Source: Candidatus Parcubacteria bacterium
GTDB taxonomy: Bacteria; Patescibacteriota; Minisyncoccia; Phycocordibacterales; PALSA-1337
DNA: 39,365 nucleotides
Assembly (NCBI GenBank): GCA_034666165.1
Contig: JAXDMJ010000046.1
Location: forward strand, 1 to 39,365
Direction of reading: 5' to 3'
Shown here: piece after piece, positions 23,556-31,526 of the stretch
How the letters are laid out: every line of letters begins with the position of its first letter
Numbering within the stretch: the stretch's first letter is position 1
Notes under the pieces: generated by a model
Told to the model about the DNA's origin: nothing
The model's database searches: none
The model's input: the letters and a program-made list of their open reading frames with translations, nothing else
Made by a program: the position numbers and the translations under genes

Positions 23556-25370
23556 ATGAAAATCAGTCATGAATCGAAAGCCGGGCGGAATCCGCTTGTC
23601 TTTCTCTTCGCCAACACCTGGCGATTCTCTCTGGGGAACCGTCACAACATCCTTCTGTATTGGTCGCTGTTCATAGTGACCAATGCATTCCAACTCATAT
23701 TCCTGCCGCTGGCTATGGCCGAGATCATCAACACGATCCAGAAAGAAGGGATAACAAACGCAAACTTCGCGTTCCTCTGCGAATTGTTGGCTCTGACTCT
23801 CTTTATCAGTATCGTATTTTGGGCGCTGCACGGACCGGCGCGGCTCATAGAGCGCGCCAACGGGTTCAAGACCCGTGCGAACTATCGCAAGTTCCTGCTC
23901 AAAGGCGTGATGACGCTGCCGATGGAATGGCACGCTGCTCATCATTCGGGAGACACGATCGACCGGATAGAAAAAGGAACGCAGGCCCTATATGCGTTTT
24001 CAGTCGAGTCGTTCCAGATCATCTCTTTGGTCGTCCAGTTCATTGTGAGCTATGCCATGCTCGCATACTTCAGTCCGTCGGCCGCATTCATCGTAATGGC
24101 GATGATATTTCTCACCGTCTGGATCACCATGCGTTTCGACGCGGTCATTCTGGTCAATTATCGCGAGCTCAACAGAGCCGAAAATGCCGTTTCTGAAAGC
24201 GTCTATGATTCGATCAGCAATATCGCCACGGTAATCATCCTTAGGGTCGAACGCGTGGTCTTCGAGGCGATCGTCGCGAAGATCGACAAACCCTTTGATT
24301 TGTACCGACGGACGAACCGTCTGACCGAAATGAAATGGTTCCTGACAACCGTAGCTTGCCGTCTGATGTCGATTCTGGTGCTGGCCACATATTTCTGGCA
24401 GCATAAAGGCATGTCGCAAGGCGTCTTGATCGGCAGCGTGTATTTGCTGATGAGATACCTCGACGAGATGAATAACATCTTCTACCGGTTCACAGGCATG
24501 TACGGTGATATCTTGATCCGCCGGTCTCGGGTGGGAAATTCCGAAGAGCTGACACCGCTATTCAGGGATGAGAGTTTTGCCAATCACGTCTTGCCGACAA
24601 AGTGGCGGAATATCTGCGTCGACGGCCTCGACTTCTCGTATCCTGACGGCCCCGGCGAGAGCCTTCATCTTGAGAACATCTCGCTTCAGATTCGGCGTGG
24701 TGAGCGCATAGCCTTCGTCGGCGAGAGCGGCAGCGGCAAGACCACTCTGTTAAAGGTCATGCGCAGCCTCTATCAGCCACGGACAATGGAACTGGCTGTT
24801 GATGGAGCGAAAATCGGTCAAGGGTTCGAAGGGATATGCCGGGCGATCGCGCTCATTCCCCAGAATCCGGAGATATTCGCGACGACGATCCTCGACAACA
24901 TTACGTTGGGAGCCGTCTACAGCCCGGAAAAAGTCAAACAGTTCGCGGATATGGCCTGTTTCAGCGAAGTTGTTGAAGCTCTGCCCCGGCAATATAGTTC
25001 GAAAATCAATGAAAGAGGTGTGAACCTCTCCGGGGGACAGCAGCAACGGCTGGCTTTGGCGCGAGGCCTCCTCGCCAGCGTTGACAAGTCGATCGTGCTC
25101 CTTGACGAGCCGACCAGCAGCGTGGATATCGGGAATGAGATGAAGATCTACCGCAACATCTTCGACGGGTTCAAGGATACGTCGGTCATCTCATCGATCC
25201 ATCGCCTGCATCTTCTGCCGATGTTCGACCGGATATACTTGTTCGACAAAGGCCGGATCGTTGCCTCGGGCAGCCTCGACGAATTGCTGGCGACCTGCAC
25301 ATCTTTCCGGACGCTGTGGGAGCAATACAACGATGGCGAGCAAAGGACCGGAAACACGGTGAGGGTTTGA
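23556..25370 (+). CDS. ABC exporter, fused permease-ATPase half transporter
   Basis: 604 aa. An N-terminal six-helix TMD is followed by an NBD with Walker A GESGSGKTTLLK, Q-loop IPQNP, signature LSGGQQQRLALARGL, Walker B IVLLDEPTS and an H-loop SIHRL. Confidence 0.93.
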   Translation: MKISHESKAGRNPLVFLFANTWRFSLGNRHNILLYWSLFIVTNAFQLIFLPLAMAEIINTIQKEGITNANFAFLCELLALTLFISIVFWALHGPARLIERANGFKTRANYRKFLLKGVMTLPMEWHAAHHSGDTIDRIEKGTQALYAFSVESFQIISLVVQFIVSYAMLAYFSPSAAFIVMAMIFLTVWITMRFDAVILVNYRELNRAENAVSESVYDSISNIATVIILRVERVVFEAIVAKIDKPFDLYRRTNRLTEMKWFLTTVACRLMSILVLATYFWQHKGMSQGVLIGSVYLLMRYLDEMNNIFYRFTGMYGDILIRRSRVGNSEELTPLFRDESFANHVLPTKWRNICVDGLDFSYPDGPGESLHLENISLQIRRGERIAFVGESGSGKTTLLKVMRSLYQPRTMELAVDGAKIGQGFEGICRAIALIPQNPEIFATTILDNITLGAVYSPEKVKQFADMACFSEVVEALPRQYSSKINERGVNLSGGQQQRLALARGLLASVDKSIVLLDEPTSSVDIGNEMKIYRNIFDGFKDTSVISSIHRLHLLPMFDRIYLFDKGRIVASGSLDELLATCTSFRTLWEQYNDGEQRTGNTVRV

Positions 25371-25398
25371 GTATAGTTTCGTCATTAGTTACGTCACG

Positions 25399-25428
25399 AT
25401 CCTGTCTCAAGGAAGGCAGGATTTTTTA
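25399..25428 (+). terminator. Rho-independent terminator after the ABC exporter
   Basis: ATCCTGTC-TCAAGGAA-GGCAGGAT forms an 8-bp stem with one G.U. It is followed by TTTTTT. Confidence 0.7.
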
Positions 25429-25485
25429 ATGAAGATTTAAACTTTTTTCATCTCTATTTTATATCGTGCGCGTAATCTGATCCTC

Positions 25486-26883
25486 ATGAAAAGGAGAGCA
25501 TTGATTTTCTGGAGCATATTTATCGCAGCTGCGGCCTTGCGATTCGCGCAAACATTCGTTATGAAGGCTCCGGACGTCGGTGATTGCCTGAAGAAGCATG
25601 TGCAGGGAATCGGCATGGTCATGGAGGAGCCGGAACGCAAGGACTCGGGGCAGGTTTTGGTCGTAGGTGCGGATTCGATTTTCGCGGCGGACAGTTTAGG
25701 GGAACGGATCGAATGTAGAAATGACCAAAACCTGATGATCCGTCTCAAGACAAGACTTTATCCGCAGCGCATTTTCGGGGACCGCGTGGAATTCTCCGGA
25801 AATTTGTCCCAGCTGTTTAATTTCAAAAGCGACGGCGGCCGAACGTTCGATTACCGCGGCTATCTGGCCAAAGATAACATTTATTATGAAATTAAAAGCG
25901 CGGATGTGCGGAGCTCGACGAGGAGTTCAAAATTTTCGGTCATTTCGTCCTTGCTTTTCGGACTCAGACGAAATTTCGAAGCGGCCCTAGACCGGAATCT
26001 TGGCGAACCGCAATCTGCATTGGCGAAAGGCTTAGTGGTCGGCGAAAAAGCCGCTTTGGGCAATGATCTGCTCGATGACTTCCGGACCGTCGGCCTCATC
26101 CATATCGTCGTTTTATCCGGATTTAATATCACAATCGTGGCAGTAGCCATGCGGCGCTTGTTGTCTTTCCTGCCTCGAGTCTGGGGGATCGCGACGGCCG
26201 CTGCCGGTATCGCCCTTTTCGGTATATTAGTCGGCGGCGGAGCGACTGTCGTCCGGTCATGCATCATGGCGGGAATTACGCTCTCGGCCGACCTCATCCG
26301 CCGCGATTACAGCGTTCATCGGGCTTTGGCTTTGGCCGCGCTCGTCATGCTCATTCAAAATCCGCTGATCCTCACGCGTGATCCGTCATTCCAGCTTTCA
26401 TTTCTGGCGACCCTCGGACTGATCTTGCTGTCCGGACCGATCGAAAGCCGGCTGACTCGGATACCGGAAAAATTCGGCCTGCGCGCTATCGTCGCCGCCA
26501 CGTTCGCCACACAAATATTCGTCTCCCCGTATATTCTCTATATGTTGGGTCAACTGTCTTTAGTCGGCGTATTCGCCAATATCTTAGTTTTGCCGCTGAT
26601 TCCAGTCACGATGCTTGCCGTTTTTCTCTGCGGCGTTGCCGGAATGATATATCTTCCATTAGTGGCGGATATCATAGGCGGGATATCGCACATATTGCTC
26701 TCCTACGAGCTTATGATCGTGGAAAGCTTCGCACGACTGCCTTTCGCTTCGATCCATGTGCCGGCATTTCCTATTTGCTACGTCGGCTCGTTCTACGCCG
26801 CTTTGGCCGCAGGCTGGCTCGCTCGCAAAAAGTTATCCTCAATGACGGTCCAATTCAGATTGGCGAAGAAATCCTCGATATAG
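25486..26883 (+). CDS. comEC: ComEC/Rec2 DNA-uptake channel, OB (DUF4131) plus competence domains only
   Basis: 465 aa. The N-terminal TM plus OB-like region is followed by the competence-domain hallmark LAKGLVVGEKAALGNDLLDDFRTVGLIHIVVLSGFNITIV and multiple TM helices. No metallo-beta-lactamase domain lies in this frame. Confidence 0.88.
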   Translation: MKRRALIFWSIFIAAAALRFAQTFVMKAPDVGDCLKKHVQGIGMVMEEPERKDSGQVLVVGADSIFAADSLGERIECRNDQNLMIRLKTRLYPQRIFGDRVEFSGNLSQLFNFKSDGGRTFDYRGYLAKDNIYYEIKSADVRSSTRSSKFSVISSLLFGLRRNFEAALDRNLGEPQSALAKGLVVGEKAALGNDLLDDFRTVGLIHIVVLSGFNITIVAVAMRRLLSFLPRVWGIATAAAGIALFGILVGGGATVVRSCIMAGITLSADLIRRDYSVHRALALAALVMLIQNPLILTRDPSFQLSFLATLGLILLSGPIESRLTRIPEKFGLRAIVAATFATQIFVSPYILYMLGQLSLVGVFANILVLPLIPVTMLAVFLCGVAGMIYLPLVADIIGGISHILLSYELMIVESFARLPFASIHVPAFPICYVGSFYAALAAGWLARKKLSSMTVQFRLAKKSSI

Positions 26884-27407
26884 TTCTTCTTGCCCGATGG
26901 CTGATAGTCGGCGACGTACGAATGTTCCCACATATCGAGCCCTAATATGAGCGCGCAATCCTGCAATTGTCCCAAATGCTGCTCATCGATCCAAGCGTCG
27001 AGAAGACGCCCATCTTTGCGGTCAAAATAGAGCATAGCCCAGCCGATGCCGCGGGTCAGGGCAATGGCTTTGAATTCTGCCAGCCAAGATTCGAACGAGC
27101 CCCACGTCTCGGCGATCATTTTTTTGAGATGACCTTTGTCTTCCATCGGCTTGGCTCCACCCTCAAGCGAAGCGAAATAGACTTCGTGGTTGCGCATGCC
27201 GTTAAATTCGAAACCGAAGCGGCGGTTTATCTCGCCGAGCGCGTAAGCATTTTTTTCCGCGTCTTGCTTGAGCTCCGCGATTTTTTCCAGAATAAGATTG
27301 GCGTTCTTGACGTAGCCGGCATAGAGCTTCAAATGTTCCTCGATGCTTTTGCCGGAAATGCCTTTGAGAGCGGGAATCGTAAAAGTTTTAGTGACGAATG
27401 ATTTCAT
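26793..27407 (-). CDS. Fe/Mn-family superoxide dismutase
   Basis: 204 aa. Metal-ligand contexts are EEHLKLYAGYV, NHEVYF and LGLDMWEHSYVADY. The SD-like GAAGG lies 8 nt upstream of the ATG. The 3' end overlaps the comEC 3' end by 91 nt. Confidence 0.9.
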   Translation of the reverse strand: MKSFVTKTFTIPALKGISGKSIEEHLKLYAGYVKNANLILEKIAELKQDAEKNAYALGEINRRFGFEFNGMRNHEVYFASLEGGAKPMEDKGHLKKMIAETWGSFESWLAEFKAIALTRGIGWAMLYFDRKDGRLLDAWIDEQHLGQLQDCALILGLDMWEHSYVADYQPSGKKNYIEDFFANLNWTVIEDNFLRASQPAAKAA

Positions 27408-27517
27408 GATTTATGCCTTCGTTAAAATAGTTATTAATATTCTTCAATCTAGCACATTTTATCAGAATTTGAAGTATTTTTTACGCAGATTTTATCCCGA
27501 GAGCATATCCTGGATGT

Positions 27518-28420
27518 GTGGTCATTAAACTTCCCGGAAAGCCGCTCTTGATCGCTGCGGCCGGTGCGGCTGTTTTGGGCTTGACCGGTTACGTCTGGAA
27601 AGAAGAGCACCGTCCACGTCTGCTTGAAATTTACGTCTTTTCTCTGAAAAGTGGAATTTCGGTGTTCATCCGGACTCCTGAAGATAAACGGATCCTGGTC
27701 GACGGCGGCGGGAATGCCGAAGTCATCCGCCATCTTTCAAAAATACTGCCGTTCTATACGCGGCGCATCGATGCGGTCATGGCGACAGCGGCCGAAGGTA
27801 AAAAAGTCTCGGGCCTGATCGACGTCATTAATAGATACAGTGTCGAGAGGGCATATATTCCGGCGCTGACTCTAAATTCTCTCAAACTCTCAAGTTCCAC
27901 GGACCCGGTCTATAAAATGTTTTTTCGGTCGCTTAAGACAAAGAAAATACCCATTGACGAATTATCTGCAGGAATGAGAATAGATCTCGATTCAACCTCC
28001 TCGGCTTTCATACTGTTTCCCGCGCCGGCCGACGATTTTGCCTACTCCACAGCCAGTTCTCCGGAAGTTCTCATTAAGGTCAAGTACGGAAAGACCTCGG
28101 CCGTTTTCTTGGGCAATGCTTCAACAAAGATCCAGAGATACATTGCTTCCTCTTCGCGCACTGAGATCGAGAATACAAATGTACTCATCGTTTCTCAGAG
28201 TGCGCTGCCGTCAAACATGGCTCCGTCGCTGTTAAAAATCGCAAATCCCGAATTCCTCGTCTATTCAAAATCCGTGGCTAATGTCAGGTCCCTTTCAACG
28301 AAAGAAAACCGCGATTCTCGAACGGCCCTGATGCCCGAGAATCGATTCAATCTCAAGTCGACCGGAGACATCAAGATCATATCAGACGGTACGGCGGTGC
28401 AAATAAAAAGCGCCCCATAG
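27518..28420 (+). CDS. ComEC C-terminal-type metallo-beta-lactamase-fold protein with degenerate metal-binding motifs
   Basis: 300 aa. The start is a GTG and is uncertain. One N-terminal TM helix is followed by LEIYVFSLKSGISVFIRTPEDKRILVDGGGN...RIDAVMATAAEGKKVSGL. This aligns by eye to the ComEC MBL pattern l.v.flDVGQGDa.li.tp.g..iLiDtG...iD.lvlTHpH.DHiGG, with the DxGQGD and HxHxDH residues replaced. Confidence 0.65.
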   Translation: MVIKLPGKPLLIAAAGAAVLGLTGYVWKEEHRPRLLEIYVFSLKSGISVFIRTPEDKRILVDGGGNAEVIRHLSKILPFYTRRIDAVMATAAEGKKVSGLIDVINRYSVERAYIPALTLNSLKLSSSTDPVYKMFFRSLKTKKIPIDELSAGMRIDLDSTSSAFILFPAPADDFAYSTASSPEVLIKVKYGKTSAVFLGNASTKIQRYIASSSRTEIENTNVLIVSQSALPSNMAPSLLKIANPEFLVYSKSVANVRSLSTKENRDSRTALMPENRFNLKSTGDIKIISDGTAVQIKSAP

Positions 28421-28493
28421 GAGAGGCGGCGCGACTGCGGAAGCCCGGAAAGGTTTAGCCAGTCGGCAATGCCTGGCTGAATGGTGTCGAAGA

Positions 28494-29021
28494 TCAAGCG
28501 TCCTTGTACAGACCAATATTAATATGATCGACTTCGAGACGCGTGACGTCGCAGCGGATGTCGACCCCGATGCGGTATCGGCCTTTGAGAGCGTGAATGA
28601 GCCATTCCGCATCCCCCGGCATCATGAGCTCCCACGGAATGTCTCTCACGGGAAAGTAATTTACCTCAGAAAATATATCTTTGTGGGGCTTCGGAAAGCC
28701 ATTCCAAGTCTGGGCCCGAAATACGTAAGTGATCCTTTCAGACAACGCGTTCCGAAAACGTAGGGTCACAAATCCGGCATACTGAACTTTTTCGACTGAA
28801 AGGCCGAATTGTTCGCACGCCACCCGGATAGCAGCCGTCGGATGGCCCGTCGTCTCCCGGTCTTCATTGGATGTGATGTTGCCGCTCACCGTGGACCAGA
28901 AACCTTTGCCCGGACCTTTCTTCAACTTTCCCAGAATCACGCTGCTGTCTTCTGCGACGAAGATGACCGAAACCTGCTTGATGATTTTCTTAGCTTGTTG
29001 TTGATTTGTTCTTTTTTTCAT
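28494..29021 (-). CDS. Nudix-fold-like protein with degenerate Nudix box
   Basis: 175 aa from ATG 29021, with SD GAGAGG upstream. The segment GKGFWSTVSGNITSNEDRETTGHPTAAIRVACEQFGL resembles G.W..PGG..E.gE....AA.RE..EE.G, but it reads R-V-A-C-E-Q in place of R-E-x-x-E-E and carries an insertion. Confidence 0.5.
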   Translation of the reverse strand: MKKRTNQQQAKKIIKQVSVIFVAEDSSVILGKLKKGPGKGFWSTVSGNITSNEDRETTGHPTAAIRVACEQFGLSVEKVQYAGFVTLRFRNALSERITYVFRAQTWNGFPKPHKDIFSEVNYFPVRDIPWELMMPGDAEWLIHALKGRYRIGVDIRCDVTRLEVDHINIGLYKDA

Positions 29022-29110
29022 GCGTACCTCTCTGCCGCCAGAGTACAATACTTCGGCAAAAAGGTAAACGCGGCCGCAGCGCGGCCTCATGAAAACTGCG
29101 TCCAAGACGC

Positions 29111-29353
29111 TCAGATGACCCCGGCCTTCTTCAGTGTGCGATATGCGCCGTTCTTCTCGATGGTCCGGAGCGCGCGGGTGGAGATATCGACGACCACGGA
29201 CCTTTTGAGTTCGGGAACGTATATGCGCTTGCGCTGGAGGTTCGGATAGCGGCGGACGGCGCCGGATGGATTGAACTGGGTGGCGCGGGTACGGTTGGAG
29301 TAGCGGCCGCCAACGACCGATCCTCTTTTGGTTACCTCGCAGAATTTAGCCAT
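29111..29353 (-). CDS. rpmB: 50S ribosomal protein bL28
   Basis: 80 aa from ATG 29353. The sequence MAKFCEVTKRGSVVGGRYSNRTRATQF.PNLQRKRIYVPELKRSVVVDISTRALRTIEKNG matches the bL28 pattern. Confidence 0.9.
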   Translation of the reverse strand: MAKFCEVTKRGSVVGGRYSNRTRATQFNPSGAVRRYPNLQRKRIYVPELKRSVVVDISTRALRTIEKNGAYRTLKKAGVI

Positions 29354-29398
29354 GATGGTGCACGCAAATAATACACTCGATGGAGTTAGCATGGTATC

Positions 29399-30040
29399 AT
29401 GTCAAGTGAAATGATTCAAGGCGACATCATCTTATCCATCCTCTCCATCGTCATCCTGATGATCTCGGTCATTCTCCACGAGGTTTCGCACGGTTATATG
29501 GCCGATTGGCTCGGAGATCCGACGCCGCGCCTGCACGGCCGGCTGACGTTAAATCCGCTGCGGCACATTGATCCGGTCGGCTCGATCGTCGTGCCGATCA
29601 TTACGTCGCTCGCCGGCTTTACCTTCGGCTGGGCCAAGCCTGTCGTCTATAATCCCTACAATCTCAAGAACAAGCGGCGCGGCGAGTTCCTGATCGCCGC
29701 CGCCGGGCCTCTATCCAACTTGCTGATTGCCGTCATTTTCGGCACGATCATACGCTTTATGGCTATGAGCGGACTCGCTTCGTCTTCATTCGTGGCCGTA
29801 GCTTCGTTTATCGTGCTCATCAATGTTCTTTTGGCGGTCTTCAATCTGATCCCCTTGCCGCCGTTGGACGGCTCGAAGCTTTTTCTGGCATTTTTACCCA
29901 GTCAGTTCGGCCATGTGCGGCTCATACTCGAGAGATTTGGCCCGATTTTCGTAGTGATCATCGTGTTTTTTCTCTGGCAGCTTGTTTCGCCGATCGTCCC
30001 TTACGTATTTAAATTCATTACGGGGATTTCTTTACAATAA
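29399..30040 (+). CDS. Site-2 protease family (peptidase M50) membrane metalloprotease
   Basis: 213 aa and polytopic. It has HEVSH (HExxH) in the first TM region and the second S2P motif FNLIPLPPLDGSK. TAGCAT (29387-29392) lies 6 nt upstream of the ATG. Confidence 0.85.
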   Translation: MSSEMIQGDIILSILSIVILMISVILHEVSHGYMADWLGDPTPRLHGRLTLNPLRHIDPVGSIVVPIITSLAGFTFGWAKPVVYNPYNLKNKRRGEFLIAAAGPLSNLLIAVIFGTIIRFMAMSGLASSSFVAVASFIVLINVLLAVFNLIPLPPLDGSKLFLAFLPSQFGHVRLILERFGPIFVVIIVFFLWQLVSPIVPYVFKFITGISLQ

Positions 30041-30093
30041 AAGCCGACGACAGTTTTTTGGTTACGAACAGTCTTGCTTATACACAGAAAGCA

Positions 30094-30123
30094 TTGACCG
30101 GGTCGCTCTACGTTCGATAGAAT
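30094..30123 (+). promoter_or_regulatory. Orphan promoter upstream of a short hairpin-terminator unit
   Basis: TTGACC (30094-30099) - 18 nt - TAGAAT (30118-30123). Confidence 0.45.
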
Positions 30124-30157
30124 GATCCAAGGAGAACTGGTTTGAGTTCCCCGGGTT

Positions 30158-30210
30158 GAGAGGTGTCGCCCGATTTGCAACGAGTTCGAGGCGGCACCTC
30201 TTTTTTATTT
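30158..30210 (+). terminator. Strong rho-independent terminator between the M50 gene and rpsL
   Basis: GAGGTGTCGCC (30160-30170) pairs with GGCGGCACCTC (30190-30200), giving 11 bp with one G.U. The stem is extendable through CGA/TCG. It is followed by TTTTTTATTTT (30201-30211). Confidence 0.7.
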
Positions 30211-30240
30211 TCATGCTGTTTTCATGCTATTTTCATGCGA
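30208..30240 (+). repeat. Three tandem 11-bp repeats TTTTCATGC(T/G)(G/A)
   Basis: TTTTCATGCTG (30208-30218), TTTTCATGCTA (30219-30229) and TTTTCATGCGA (30230-30240) directly follow the terminator T-tract. Confidence 0.9.
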
Positions 30241-30399
30241 CTTGTTTTTTCCAACCAACGGTGATACTCTTTTCTGGTTGCCAAAAACCGCTGTCATGGG
30301 CAAGAATGAGTAATCGGATCGGGCGTTTCTCAAGCCCGACCGGTGAAGGAACAGGATTGCCGCAACATCCCAGAGCGTTAGAATTCTTTCAGCATCCAT

Positions 30400-30819
30400 A
30401 TGCCGACGATCAATCAGCTGACCAAATCAGAGCGTAAGCGTTTTAAGCGGAAGTCGAAGTCCGTGGCCTTGACGCGCACTTTCAATTCGATCAAGAACCG
30501 GCCGATCTATTTTCCGGCGCCTTTCAAACGCGGCGTTTGCATCAAAGTCACGACCAAAACGCCGAAGAAGCCTAACTCGGCCGTCCGCAAGATCGCGCGC
30601 GTCCGGTTGACCAACGGCATGGAAGTGACCGCCTACATTCCGGGCATGGGCCATAACCTGCAGGAGCATGCCGTCGTGCTTTTGCGAGGCGGTCGCGTCA
30701 AGGATGTCGGACTCCGCTATTCGATCGTCCGCGGCGTCTTGGATGCCGCCGGCGTCGACACGCGCCGCAAAGGGCGCAGCCAATACGGAAACAAGCGGCC
30801 GAAAGCCGCCAAAGCCTAA
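30400..30819 (+). CDS. rpsL: 30S ribosomal protein uS12
   Basis: 139 aa. Motifs are [45 protein letters not shown] and RGGRVKD. Confidence 0.97.
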   Translation: MPTINQLTKSERKRFKRKSKSVALTRTFNSIKNRPIYFPAPFKRGVCIKVTTKTPKKPNSAVRKIARVRLTNGMEVTAYIPGMGHNLQEHAVVLLRGGRVKDVGLRYSIVRGVLDAAGVDTRRKGRSQYGNKRPKAAKA

Positions 30820-30861
30820 GGACCTGATTTGGAGACTTTCATATTCTAATATTTCAATAAC

Positions 30862-31332
30862 ATGCGCAGAAAGATCAACATCAAAAGGGAATTGAAGCCA
30901 GACATCACCTACAGTTCCGCGAAGCTTTCGAAATTCACGAACTACATAATGGAGTCAGGCAAGAAGAATATCGCACGCACGATCGTGGCTGACTGCATGG
31001 CCGCAATCAAGGAAAAGGCCAAGGTCGAAAATCCGCTGGAGCTTTTTGAAACAGCTTTGCGCAACACCACGCCGTCGATGGAAGTCCGGTCGCGGCGCGT
31101 CGGCGGCGCCAACTATCAGGTGCCGCGCGAAGTCAGGCAGGAGCGCAAGCAGGCCCTTTCCATGAAATGGATCATCGCGGCTGCCCGTTCCAAAAAAGGC
31201 GCACCCATTCACCTCAAACTGGCGGACGAGATCATCGCCGCCGCTAAAAATGAAGGCGAAGCCGTGAAGAAGCGCGAAAACGTCCACAAGATGGCCGAAG
31301 CAAACAAGGCTTTTGCGCATTTTGCGTGGTAG
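30862..31332 (+). CDS. rpsG: 30S ribosomal protein uS7
   Basis: 156 aa. Motifs are ...FTNYIMESGKK..A..IV, RRVGGANYQVP.EV and ...MAEANKAFAHFAW. Confidence 0.97.
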   Translation: MRRKINIKRELKPDITYSSAKLSKFTNYIMESGKKNIARTIVADCMAAIKEKAKVENPLELFETALRNTTPSMEVRSRRVGGANYQVPREVRQERKQALSMKWIIAAARSKKGAPIHLKLADEIIAAAKNEGEAVKKRENVHKMAEANKAFAHFAW

Positions 31333-31526
31333 TCTTGATTTTGCAGAAATTCTGCTTGTCGGTCACAGAAAAAAATCTACAGAGGTGTTATAGAATCTGC
31401 GCTTTTTGAAAAAACAAAAAAGGCCGCCTCAATCTGGAATGCCGCATATTTGATTATTGAAGCCGTTTCCTGTATCTTTATGCCATAAGCAGGCCCTGCT
31501 TTTTTATTTATCGCCTATTATTTACT

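Noticed and set aside
30208-30240. A possible CRISPR or mini-array, given the tandem repeats
   Set aside because: The repeats are only 11 bp long, directly abutting with no spacers, and no cas genes are present. I classed it as a simple tandem repeat.
30156-30437. A 93-aa TTG-initiated ORF upstream of and overlapping the rpsL start
   Set aside because: It begins inside the terminator stem, reads through the T-tract and the 11-bp repeats (FFIFMLFSCYFH...), and overlaps the rpsL start. It is almost certainly non-coding.
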